DNA of 64,000 bases from Gemmatimonadota bacterium. GTDB taxonomy: Bacteria; Latescibacterota; UBA2968. Numbering within the stretch: the stretch's first letter is position 1; the number at the start of each line of letters is the position of its first letter. Shown here piece by piece: positions 1-8,821 of this stretch. The position numbers and the translations under genes were made by a program. Under the pieces are notes generated by a model. The model was given only the letters and a program-made list of their open reading frames with translations. It was not told where the DNA came from and searched no databases. Location of the stretch: positions 15,779 to 79,778 of the forward strand of contig JAPOXY010000082.1 in the NCBI GenBank assembly GCA_026706845.1, written 5' to 3'.

Positions 1-212
1 AGACTATGGGCGATATCGTAATCCAGGGTCACCGGCTCCGCTTGTCGGGGCATATAGGTAATCGGCTCCTCACTGACGATCACCCGCAATACGCCGCGAT
101 CCTGCAATTGCGGAAGATCGCCGGTGTATTTGGGTGGCGCGGGTTGTTTTTCGCTGCACTGTACAAAAGCACACAGGATAATCAGTGCTGGGGGAATCAT
201 ACGATGCAACAC
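1..212 (-). CDS. 5' part of a lipoprotein/solute-binding-like gene that runs off the window start (partial)
   Basis: Minus-strand frame opens at GTG 212-210 behind an AAAGGAG-like RBS. Translation MLHRMIPPALIILCAFVQCSEKQ.. looks like a signal/lipobox N-terminus, then LRVIVSEEPITYMPRQAEPVTLDYDIA resembles family-3 solute-binding/MltF-type N-termini. No stop before position 1. Confidence 0.35.
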   Translation of the reverse strand, partial: MLHRMIPPALIILCAFVQCSEKQPAPPKYTGDLPQLQDRGVLRVIVSEEPITYMPRQAEPVTLDYDIAHS

Positions 213-360
213 AGATGTATCTCCTTTCAATATATCGCCTCATCGCCGGCCCGATAGGGCTAAAATATTTTGCGGTATTTTCTTCCCAAAAGAAGAAGGG
301 ATTGCGATATAATCGCACCCCTTTTTTATGAACGAAATACAGATGATAGTTTGGGGCGAT

Positions 361-726
361 TTATGTTTCCCGTCTCCCCGGCGGGTCGGATACAAAGCTT
401 TCGATAGCCGCGTCAACAGATTCCAACGTGCGAAAATGCGACGACAACTTTCCGACCATCATCAAACTCTCCATCCGGTTTGCAATGCCGGCCAACCTGA
501 GATCACCTCCGGCATTTCTCAACATCTCCAGGCTGACCGCCAATACGCCCAACATCGTGCTGCCAAACCACTTCACTCTGGAAAAATCAACCACGACATT
601 TGTAATGCCATCGGCCATGACCTCTTCGACATAATGCTGAAAAGGAACAACTGTAGGACCACTCATCAAGGTACCCGATACACTCAGAACCGCGACCTGG
701 TCGCGAATGTCAACTTTGACTCTCAT
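361..726 (-). CDS. STAS-domain anti-sigma-factor antagonist (SpoIIAA/RsbV-like), paralog 2
   Basis: ORF 361..807; MRVKVDIRDQVAVLSVSGTLMSGP..VVVDFSRVKWFGSTMLGVL aligns residue-for-residue with the upstream paralog, so the start is taken at the internal Met (726). Typical STAS antagonist fold motifs. Confidence 0.7.
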   Translation of the reverse strand: MRVKVDIRDQVAVLSVSGTLMSGPTVVPFQHYVEEVMADGITNVVVDFSRVKWFGSTMLGVLAVSLEMLRNAGGDLRLAGIANRMESLMMVGKLSSHFRTLESVDAAIESFVSDPPGRRET

Positions 727-787
727 CAATTTGGCGAACAGCTCTTCAAAAATTGGACTTTGATCAGTCCACAATTTACAAAAATCT

Positions 788-1138
788 CTATGCATCCTGA
801 TCTGCAAAACTTTCCACAGCCCGATCTACTGTATCCAGAGTCGTAAAAATATTTGCCAACTGTGTAACCATCAAAATACTTTCAATCTTCCTGGTAACGC
901 CCGTCAATCTCAAATCGCCGCCTTCACCGCGCAACGTCGTCAAACTCGCCGTTAGCACGCCCAGCATGGCACTGCCAAACCATCTCACCCTGGAAAAATC
1001 AACCACAACCTTTTTTATACCCTCACTTGCAAGTTTTTTAATATGATCTTGAAAAGGGGCAACCTCGGGGCCGCTCATCAATTCACCCGACAGGGTCAAG
1101 ACAGCGACATCGCCGCGGATCTTTTCCGAAATTTTCAT
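788..1138 (-). CDS. STAS-domain anti-sigma-factor antagonist (SpoIIAA/RsbV-like), paralog 1
   Basis: MKISEKIRGDVAVLTLSGELMSGPEVAPF..VVVDFSRVRWFGSAMLGVL, 116 aa; classic antagonist size and motifs. Confidence 0.75.
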   Translation of the reverse strand: MKISEKIRGDVAVLTLSGELMSGPEVAPFQDHIKKLASEGIKKVVVDFSRVRWFGSAMLGVLTASLTTLRGEGGDLRLTGVTRKIESILMVTQLANIFTTLDTVDRAVESFADQDA

Positions 1139-1325
1139 ACAAACCTCCAGGACCAGAACTCACTGCACATCGCGCAGGGCACTGAAAATACGGCTGAACG
1201 AGAAAAAAATCAAGCTTATCAGTTGATATTATGCAGCGACTCTATATCTTGTGATTTATTTGAAATGAGATATACAAGATATTGTGGCAAAATAAAGCTT
1301 TTTTCGATAAACTGCATAACACCAG

Positions 1326-1814
1326 TTATCGGTTATCAATTGTTTTTTTCGCCTCAATCACCATTTTCAAGGCAGCATCTGCTATCGCATCGCGAATCGC
1401 ATCGCGGTCTCCATCAAACTGAAAGACCTCACACACCACGCCTTCTGCACTGGCAACTGCGATATACGCCGTACCGATAGGCTTGGGCGACCGCCCGCGA
1501 ATGGGGCCAGCGATCCCTGTCTCGGCCAGGCCCAAATCTGCACCACTCACTTCTTGCACGCCTTTGGCCATTGCGCGCGCGGCTTCCGCACTCACAGCAC
1601 CATACGTATCCATCACCTTTTCATCTATCCCCAGCATCTCGCATTTAGACAACGCGCTATACGCAATAACCCCGCGTTCATAATAAGCCGAACTGCCAGG
1701 AACCGAAACAATGCGCGCGCTGATCAGTCCCCCTGTCGTGGTTTCTGCAACTGCAATAGTCCAGTCCCGTTCTCGAAGCAATATTCCGAGCTTTACTTCC
1801 AACTGTTCAGACAT
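1326..1814 (-). CDS. pncC: CinA C-terminal domain protein (PncC-type nicotinamide-nucleotide amidohydrolase)
   Basis: 162 aa; WTIAVAETTTGGLISARIVSVPGSSAYYERGVIAYS is the CinA-C/PncC signature; stand-alone C-domain size. Confidence 0.7.
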   Translation of the reverse strand: MSEQLEVKLGILLRERDWTIAVAETTTGGLISARIVSVPGSSAYYERGVIAYSALSKCEMLGIDEKVMDTYGAVSAEAARAMAKGVQEVSGADLGLAETGIAGPIRGRSPKPIGTAYIAVASAEGVVCEVFQFDGDRDAIRDAIADAALKMVIEAKKTIDNR

Positions 1815-1829
1815 GTTTTACACCGCATA

Positions 1830-2828
1830 TCACCGCTGATCAATAACCACAGGGGAACCCGATTTTGAAGACGCATAAGCTGCACAAAAGAGCTCAACAG
1901 ACTTTCGGCCCTCTTCACCCGACACCACAGGTATCGTGCCTTTGGTGATAGCAGAAACCATATCCTCTGCAATATCGGCAGGCGCATCGGGCACTTCAAA
2001 ACGGCTCAAATCTACCAATTCCTCATCCTTTGTCATCACTTCTATACCGCCGCGTTGATCCCACCGCACAGTGCCTTCCGTGCCGCTGATCTCCACCTGT
2101 GTCCCCAAATTTGGATAACTCGATGTCGTGGTCGTAATCAGCCCCCACGCGCCGCTTTGAAATGTCAACTGTGCAATTGTAATATCTTCCGTTTCAATAT
2201 CGTGTGTCATGGTTGCACTGCGCCCATAAACTTCCTTTACCGGGCCGAGCAACCAGCAGATGAGATCGACAAAATGCACACCCTGATTGGCTATCGATCC
2301 GCCCTCTGTCTCTTTGCGGCTACGCCACCCCATGGGAAAGCCCCCATTGTAATAGCTCTGCTCGCGCCACCACTTCATCTTCACATCACCCAAAAAAATC
2401 TGTCCAATGATCCCCTGATCAATGGCGGCCTTCAATTGCTGGTTTGCCTTAGAATAGCGATTCCCAAAATCCACTGCCAGAACCTTCCCCGCATCTTTTG
2501 CCGCCTGAATCGCCGCATCGCACTTTTCCACGAGAATATCCATCGGCTTGGTAACAAATGCATGTTTGCCTGCTTCTATCGCTTCAATGGCGTAATCGCA
2601 ATGCGTGCCACTGGACGTATAGATACCGATCGCATCGATATCATCACGCGCAAACATCGCCTTGTAATTCGTCGTCCAATCGCATCCATACATTTCGGCC
2701 TGCTCCACGGCCTTTTCTTCCTGTAAATCGCACACGCAAACCAGCGCACTGCCCTCTGCTGCTGCCACCTGTTTTGCTGCTCCGCGGCCACGCCCCAATC
2801 CCATAATACCAAATCTAACGCTCGACAT
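1830..2828 (-). CDS. Gfo/Idh/MocA family NAD(P)-dependent oxidoreductase
   Basis: MSSVRFGIMGLGRGRG..HCDYAIEAIEAGKHAFVTKP Rossmann N-terminus typical of the family. Start chosen at the Met that abuts the valS stop rather than the longer ORF start 2936. Confidence 0.8.
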   Translation of the reverse strand: MSSVRFGIMGLGRGRGAAKQVAAAEGSALVCVCDLQEEKAVEQAEMYGCDWTTNYKAMFARDDIDAIGIYTSSGTHCDYAIEAIEAGKHAFVTKPMDILVEKCDAAIQAAKDAGKVLAVDFGNRYSKANQQLKAAIDQGIIGQIFLGDVKMKWWREQSYYNGGFPMGWRSRKETEGGSIANQGVHFVDLICWLLGPVKEVYGRSATMTHDIETEDITIAQLTFQSGAWGLITTTTSSYPNLGTQVEISGTEGTVRWDQRGGIEVMTKDEELVDLSRFEVPDAPADIAEDMVSAITKGTIPVVSGEEGRKSVELFCAAYASSKSGSPVVIDQR

Positions 2829-2829
2829 T

Positions 2830-5535
2830 TTAATCTCCCTCTGAAAGCACCGCAAAATTTTCCCGCAACTTCGACAGTGTATCCCGATACTCGCGCTCGC
2901 GCTCGCGCTCTTTTGCCACGACCTCTGCGGGGGCATTATTCAAAAAACCCGCATTGCTCAACTTCTTCTCCAATCCGCTCAACGCCTTTTCCAATCCGCC
3001 AATCTCCTTCTCCAACCTCTGACGTTCCACAGTGAGATCTATCACGCCGGCCAAAGGCACAAAAATTTCCACATCACCAACCACAGCACTCGCAGACGCT
3101 GCCGGGCGTTCTAAAGCCGCGCCAAGGGTCAAATTTTCAACGCGCCCCAACGCCTTCATATAGCCCTTAACAGACGTCAAAATCGCACGTGCCTCCTCTG
3201 AATCCGTCTTACACACCACATCCACGAGCTTGCCCGGCGGAATACGCATTGTACCTCGAATATGGCGCACAGCACCCACCACATCCCGCATCAAAGCCAT
3301 TTCTCGCTCGGCAGCTTTATCAAATTGCGTCTTGTCGCATTTGGGCCAGGGCGCGGCAATAAGAGCCTCGCCTTCTCGTGGAAAGGTCTGCCACAACGCC
3401 TCTGAAATAAAAGGCGCAACGGGATGCAACAGGCGCAGCGTGCCTTCAAACACGACACACAAAACCGACTGCGCGGTTTGACGGGCAGTTTGATCATCGC
3501 CATACAGGCGCACTTTCGCCATCTCCACATACCAATCGCAATACGCGCTCCACACAAAATCGTACAACGCGCGCGCCGCCTCGTCAAAGCGATACGCCTC
3601 CAAAGCCTCTGTAACCTGCAACACCGTGCGATTGTACAAACTCAAAATCCACCGATCAGAAAGGTCCGTAATCGGCTCGGGGACCGTCAGCAATGCCACA
3701 TCGAGTATGTCGCGATCGTCCAGATTCATTTGTACAAACCGCGCGGCATTCCAGATCTTGTTGCAAAAATTGCGGCACATTTCCGCAATGGGCGAATCTT
3801 GCAACTTATTGTCCTTCACATCGGCATCAAACCGAATATCCTGCGAACTGCCGCATTGGTACAAAAGCGATAGGCGCGTGGCATCTGCGCCATAGCGGTC
3901 AATCAATTCGCGCGGATCAATCCCCGTACCCAACGACTTGCTCATGCGCTTGCCATCGCGCGTTTGCACCGTGGGATGAACCAGCACCGTCCGAAACGGA
4001 ATCTCGCCCACAAATTCAACAGCTGTCATAATCATCCGAATCACCCACAGATACAAAATATCCCGTCCCGTAATCATCAAATCCGTCGGATGAAACAGCT
4101 TCAAATCCTCCGTATCTTCGGGCCAACCCAGCGTTGCAAAAGGCCACAGTGCCGAGGAAAACCACGTATCGAGCACATCGGGATCTTGCGTCAACTGCTG
4201 ACTGCCACACGTTGTACACACTTCGGGAGGCTCTGCATTCACAATCACCTCGCTGCAATTTTCACACGTCCACACCGGAATGCGGTGCCCCCACCACAGT
4301 TGTCTCGAAATACACCAGTCGCGGATATTCTCCAGCCATTCAATCGAATATTCCCGAAACCGATCCGGCACATAATCGATCTTTTTTTCTCGCATCAAGG
4401 GCAAAATCAAATCGGCCAAATCGCGCATCGCCACAAACCACTGCTCCATAGGCATCGGTTCAATCACCGTGCCACAGCGGTCGTGATGCGGTACCGCGTG
4501 GGTATAATCCTCAATTTTTTCCATCAACTCCAGCTCGTCGAGTGCCTCGACCACCGCCTTGCGACACGCATAACGGTCCTGCCCGACATAAACGCCCGCA
4601 TCCTCCGTCATCTCGCCATTCAGACCAATAACCGCGATTTCGGGCAAATCGTGACGCTGCCCTATCTCGTAATCATTGGGATCGTGTCCCGGCGTCACCT
4701 TCACCGCACCGCTCCCCATTTCCGGATCGGCATAGTCATCTGCCACAATGGGAATGGGGCGATTCATAAGCGGCAACATCACCCTTTTACCCACAGCATT
4801 GCGCCATCGCGCATCGGATGGGTGCACCGCCACTCCGGTATCGCCCAGCATGGTTTCCGGACGCGTTGTCGCCACAACCACATCGGGCGCACCATCTATC
4901 CCTTTGTACCGAATATGCCACAAGTGACTATCGACCTCTCTTTCCTCCACCTCGAGGTCGGAAATCACAGTGCCACACTGCGGACACCAGTTCACCATGC
5001 GTTTGCCCCGATAGATCCAGCCCTTCTCGTAAAAACGCACAAACGTCTCCAACACCGCCCGCACATACTCCTCATCCATTGTAAATCGCTCGCGCGACCA
5101 GTCATAACTACAGCCCAACTCGCGCAACTGTCGCAAAATTGTGCTGCCGTATTTTTCTCGCCAGGCCCATATCCGTTTCAACAAATCTCTGCGCCCAATT
5201 TCTCTGCGCGTCTTTTTTTCGTTCTCCCAGATCTCCTGCTCCACCTTCATCTGCGTGCCAATACCCGCGTGATCTGTACCGGGCAAACACAGCGTGCGAA
5301 ATCCCCGCATCCGCTTGTATCGAATCACCGCGTCGTGAATCGCGTGTTGTAGCGCGTGGCCCATGTGCAACTCCCCCGTCACATTGGGTGGCGGAATCGT
5401 CACCGTATAGGCGGGACCTGTCGCGCGAAATTCCGGACGAAAATATCCCTTCCTGTACCAAAAATCATACCACGTCTTTTCAATATCTTTTGGATCGTAA
5501 GCACGCTCCAAAGCTTTATTCTTCATCGTCTCCAT
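2830..5535 (-). CDS. valS: valyl-tRNA synthetase
   Basis: 901 aa; HMGH (HIGH-type) and KMSKS motifs, PPPNVTGELHMGHA, C-terminal coiled-coil. Confidence 0.95.
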   Translation of the reverse strand: METMKNKALERAYDPKDIEKTWYDFWYRKGYFRPEFRATGPAYTVTIPPPNVTGELHMGHALQHAIHDAVIRYKRMRGFRTLCLPGTDHAGIGTQMKVEQEIWENEKKTRREIGRRDLLKRIWAWREKYGSTILRQLRELGCSYDWSRERFTMDEEYVRAVLETFVRFYEKGWIYRGKRMVNWCPQCGTVISDLEVEEREVDSHLWHIRYKGIDGAPDVVVATTRPETMLGDTGVAVHPSDARWRNAVGKRVMLPLMNRPIPIVADDYADPEMGSGAVKVTPGHDPNDYEIGQRHDLPEIAVIGLNGEMTEDAGVYVGQDRYACRKAVVEALDELELMEKIEDYTHAVPHHDRCGTVIEPMPMEQWFVAMRDLADLILPLMREKKIDYVPDRFREYSIEWLENIRDWCISRQLWWGHRIPVWTCENCSEVIVNAEPPEVCTTCGSQQLTQDPDVLDTWFSSALWPFATLGWPEDTEDLKLFHPTDLMITGRDILYLWVIRMIMTAVEFVGEIPFRTVLVHPTVQTRDGKRMSKSLGTGIDPRELIDRYGADATRLSLLYQCGSSQDIRFDADVKDNKLQDSPIAEMCRNFCNKIWNAARFVQMNLDDRDILDVALLTVPEPITDLSDRWILSLYNRTVLQVTEALEAYRFDEAARALYDFVWSAYCDWYVEMAKVRLYGDDQTARQTAQSVLCVVFEGTLRLLHPVAPFISEALWQTFPREGEALIAAPWPKCDKTQFDKAAEREMALMRDVVGAVRHIRGTMRIPPGKLVDVVCKTDSEEARAILTSVKGYMKALGRVENLTLGAALERPAASASAVVGDVEIFVPLAGVIDLTVERQRLEKEIGGLEKALSGLEKKLSNAGFLNNAPAEVVAKEREREREYRDTLSKLRENFAVLSEGD

Positions 5536-5564
5536 TACTCCTTAATTAGCGGCCTACCCCTTTT

Positions 5565-7103
5565 TTACACCGAATAACTTCGCCACCCCTCATAGATCGT
5601 CCGGACAGCTACTTTAATCACCGCTGTCGTGGGCACAGCCAACAACATGCCGACTGCGCCAAACAACTCGCTGCCAACGAACACAGCAAAAATGACGAGC
5701 AGAGGATGCAAATTAACACTGCGCCCAACCACCATAGGAGCGACAAAAACATTATCTACGAGTTGAACGATCGCAAACACTATAATCACTGGGATAACCA
5801 CACCAAAACTCAGCGCAGAATATTGCAATACAGCGGCAACAACACCGGCAATAATCCCAATCGCAGGTCCCATATAGGGAATTACATTGGCCAAACCAGC
5901 GAGAAGACCAATCACCAAAAAATGTTCCAGACCGATGATATAAAGTCCGGTACTTGACAGAAGCGAAACAATTATTACAGATAACACCATACCGCGCATA
6001 TAGCTCCCCAATTGCCTGTCAATGCGATGCAACAGATTCAATATCAGTTCGAAATATCGATTTGGCACCTGCACGATAATCGCATGCTTCATCGTTCTGC
6101 CCTCTGCCAAAAAAAAGAATAAAGCAAAAGGCACAATGATGAACAAGGTAAGTCCCGATAGCAATTGCCCGACCAATCCGGGAGTTTCCTTAAGCAAAAT
6201 TGTCACGACGTTTTGCAGGTACTGATTCGCGGCCTGTATCCAATCGCGGCCCTTGAGCATTGGCAAAATTTCTTCCACCCAATCGCGGCCCTTAAGCATT
6301 GGCAAAATTTCTTCGAGATAGGTCTGAGCTGATTTCAGCCACGGCAGGAATGAAGTTTCATAAACTGACTTGAGTGCCATCAAAGAACTGGGCTTGTATT
6401 TGCCAAACGCATGTTTTGTCGCCGAGATTAAAATTTTAGATGTGCCAAATTGAACCGAAGCCATTGTATCCGAAACCGATGACACATCCTCCATATTTCC
6501 TCTAAGCGTCAACACAATAGAATCTTCCCGGCTGCCAGACGAACCGTACAACCTCAAAGACGCCTGGCGCGGTTCATCCGCTTGTGGAGAAAATACCACG
6601 CGCAGTGTATCTCGCCCACCGACCACTTTTGGGTTGGCCTGTGGGGCAGCGGATTCCGCGTCTCCCCCACCGGGTATCAATTCCAGGGGCAAGCCATCAA
6701 CCTTAAAATCTTCGAGTTCGCTCTCAAACCGATCAATCTTCACCACATCATCGCCCGTATTTTCCACCACACAGTACCAGGTGCCCTGCTCACCAATAAT
6801 GCTCTTGACCATATCCTCCGTACCGCGCACAATCATAGGCGCGACCACAATAAGCGGAATGACCACAATTGCAAAAACAGCCAGCAAGACGACAACCACG
6901 GCGACAAGACGATTTAAGCGGTGCGATTCGAGAAAATCAACCACAGGCATGAGAAAATACGACAGCACAAACGCAATAAAAAAAGGGACCAGCGTACTTC
7001 GAATAGTATATAGCAACCAGATCATCACAACGATGAGGCCCAAAAAAATCACAATACGCAAAATTTGAGCAGTGCCCAGGCCGCCAGAAGATGGTTCATT
7101 CAT
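5565..7103 (-). CDS. AI-2E family transporter (UPF0118/PerM-like) with a large inserted soluble domain
   Basis: N-terminal TM helices LVPFFIAFVLSYFLMPV and a C-terminal AI-2E core (GLANVIPYMGPAIG..). A ~200 aa non-membrane insert sits between the helices. The start overlaps the upstream gene by 4 nt. Confidence 0.7.
   Translation of the reverse strand: MNEPSSGGLGTAQILRIVIFLGLIVVMIWLLYTIRSTLVPFFIAFVLSYFLMPVVDFLESHRLNRLVAVVVVLLAVFAIVVIPLIVVAPMIVRGTEDMVKSIIGEQGTWYCVVENTGDDVVKIDRFESELEDFKVDGLPLELIPGGGDAESAAPQANPKVVGGRDTLRVVFSPQADEPRQASLRLYGSSGSREDSIVLTLRGNMEDVSSVSDTMASVQFGTSKILISATKHAFGKYKPSSLMALKSVYETSFLPWLKSAQTYLEEILPMLKGRDWVEEILPMLKGRDWIQAANQYLQNVVTILLKETPGLVGQLLSGLTLFIIVPFALFFFLAEGRTMKHAIIVQVPNRYFELILNLLHRIDRQLGSYMRGMVLSVIIVSLLSSTGLYIIGLEHFLVIGLLAGLANVIPYMGPAIGIIAGVVAAVLQYSALSFGVVIPVIIVFAIVQLVDNVFVAPMVVGRSVNLHPLLVIFAVFVGSELFGAVGMLLAVPTTAVIKVAVRTIYEGWRSYSV
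6240..6317. repeat. In-frame 39-bp tandem duplication (2 units, 4 mismatches) inside the AI-2E transporter CDS
   Basis: ccaatcgcggcccttgagcattggcaaaatttcttccac / ccaatcgcggcccttaagcattggcaaaatttcttcgag; encodes EEILPMLKGRDWV/EEILPMLKGRDWI. Confidence 0.9.
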
Positions 7104-7633
7104 GACTCGTCTTCTCCGTCCTCTTTTTGTTTTGCTGCCAACTCATCTCGGGCAACCTGCAAACTGTGATTGGTTTGTCGCAATCGCTCTGCGGCAATCC
7201 GCGAAAGTTGAATGGCAATTTTTACCCCCAAATGCGGTCGTTGTTCCGCCAACTGGTGCAGTGCGTCTCGCGGAAAAAGTGCCAACCTGGTATCTTCTTT
7301 CGCCACTGCTGTTGCTGTTCTCGGCACATTTTCCAAAAGTGCTGTTTCACCAAAAAAGGAACCGGATTCAGATTGAGCAAGTAGCACTTTCTCGCCATCT
7401 TCACCATCCTTCTGAATCACTTCTACACACCCTTTTAACACCACGTAAACACCGTCTCCCGGGGCACCCTGTTCAAAAATAACATCGCCTGTTGAATACT
7501 TGCGCATTTCTATAAGTTGCACCACCGCCTGCAACTCTCGGCGATTCAGTTCCCGAAACAGTGGAATGGCGCGCAATTCGGGAAATAGCGGCTTTTCGCG
7601 TTCCAACCAGCGCTGTAGAAATCGATTCATCAC
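7100..7633 (-). CDS. cyclic-nucleotide-binding (CAP effector) domain protein with no DNA-binding domain
   Basis: FFGETALLENVPRTATAVAKEDTRLALFPRDAL is the cNMP-binding beta-roll signature. The C-terminus is a charged coiled-coil tail with no HTH. 4-nt overlaps with recO upstream and the transporter downstream. Confidence 0.75.
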   Translation of the reverse strand: MMNRFLQRWLEREKPLFPELRAIPLFRELNRRELQAVVQLIEMRKYSTGDVIFEQGAPGDGVYVVLKGCVEVIQKDGEDGEKVLLAQSESGSFFGETALLENVPRTATAVAKEDTRLALFPRDALHQLAEQRPHLGVKIAIQLSRIAAERLRQTNHSLQVARDELAAKQKEDGEDES

Positions 7634-8424
7634 AAATCCCGTATCCCTGCGCGATAAGGCACCGCGGGTTCTGCTGCCCTTAAGCGTTCAAAAAAATCCA
7701 GTGCCTTTGGACGATAGCGCGATTCGATGTGTTGATCAAAAAAAGCGCGCAATATTCGCGTCACCTCTGCGCGATTTACACCCCGCAAGAGGGAAAGATC
7801 GATGCGGTCGGGACGTCCCACCTGTAGATGCGCCATAAAATTTATCGCCTCGAACTGCACGCGCATGCCCGCCTCTGCGTGATTGTCACACAGCGTACCG
7901 CCCAGACTGGGACTAAACCCCAGGCGGTGCCCCTGGAGCCGAGCACCACATTGAACACACCCACTCACATGGGGGCGATATCCCACCGCACCCGCAGCGC
8001 GAATCTGGAAATACCACACCGGTACATCCAGCGCTATTTCAGCAATACTCCCCACCCATTGCATCGCTTCAAGTGCAATACTAAACAAAAGTGGATTGCG
8101 ATCTTCATCTTCGGTAATACAATCCAGAAACTCGCATATCGCGCTTCCAGCTGCCATCCGACCGTAGTGTTGTTTTACCGGTTCAAAAGCGTGTGCAATA
8201 TCGCCTTCGCTCAATATTTGCAACTCTCGATTATCCTGTCGATAAAAAACATAATGTCCCCACGTCATGGGTTCAAGACTCGCGCCAAATTTGCTTTTGG
8301 GTCGTCGCGCTCCTTTGGCTACCAGACGCAACTTGCCGTAATCGCGAGAAAACAGCACCACAACCTTGCTGCTTTCACTCATGCGAAAACCGCGCAACAC
8401 CAACCCATCGGTATGGCAAATCAC
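7630..8424 (-). CDS. recO: DNA repair protein RecO
   Basis: N-terminus GLVLRGFRMSESSKVVVLFSRDYGKLRLVAKGARRPKS matches the RecO OB-fold. CVQCG Zn motif present. Confidence 0.85.
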   Translation of the reverse strand: MICHTDGLVLRGFRMSESSKVVVLFSRDYGKLRLVAKGARRPKSKFGASLEPMTWGHYVFYRQDNRELQILSEGDIAHAFEPVKQHYGRMAAGSAICEFLDCITEDEDRNPLLFSIALEAMQWVGSIAEIALDVPVWYFQIRAAGAVGYRPHVSGCVQCGARLQGHRLGFSPSLGGTLCDNHAEAGMRVQFEAINFMAHLQVGRPDRIDLSLLRGVNRAEVTRILRAFFDQHIESRYRPKALDFFERLRAAEPAVPYRAGIRDL

Positions 8425-8789
8425 GGTGACTCCAATGCTGTCGGTGGATTGGGATAAACCATATAAATCGATTCATTGGGATACACCATGCCATAGCGCT
8501 CTCGAGCAATGCGTTCAATTTCACCCAAATTGTTTTCCAGCAATTTCGCCTCGCGTTCCAACATTGCATTCTGCTGGCGAATAGTTTCAATTTCCCGTTC
8601 TAATGCGGCAATTTGCTGCTTGCGCATTATGAGTTGAAAAATCCCACTATCTCCTGCAAAAAACAAATAAAGCGAAAGCACCACTGGTGCAAATATCAAA
8701 AATCTATTCAGGCGTCGCCTTCCACTTCCCGGTATCATCGGACTGTTTTCCGGCAACACCGTACTTTGTCCCCGATAAAATGAGCGCAT
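8421..8789 (-). CDS. septum formation initiator (FtsB/DivIC-like) protein
   Basis: Single N-terminal TM then a coiled coil QQIAALEREIETIRQQNAMLEREAKLLENNLGEIERIAR.. typical of FtsB/DivIC. Confidence 0.65.
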   Translation of the reverse strand: MRSFYRGQSTVLPENSPMIPGSGRRRLNRFLIFAPVVLSLYLFFAGDSGIFQLIMRKQQIAALEREIETIRQQNAMLEREAKLLENNLGEIERIARERYGMVYPNESIYMVYPNPPTALESP

Positions 8790-8821
8790 AACACAATCTC
8801 CAACGTCAGTTGTCGGTTGTC

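Noticed and set aside
3964-5352. Long antisense ORFs inside valS (462 aa), ilvE/rsmA (12322..13656), metG (16021..17130), the NHL gene (35344..36066), the protease (37911..38810) and the BatA gene (45733..46341)
   Set aside because: The translations are low-complexity and R/H/P-rich with no recognisable motifs. They lie opposite strongly supported genes, which is the typical stop-codon-poor artefact of GC-rich DNA.
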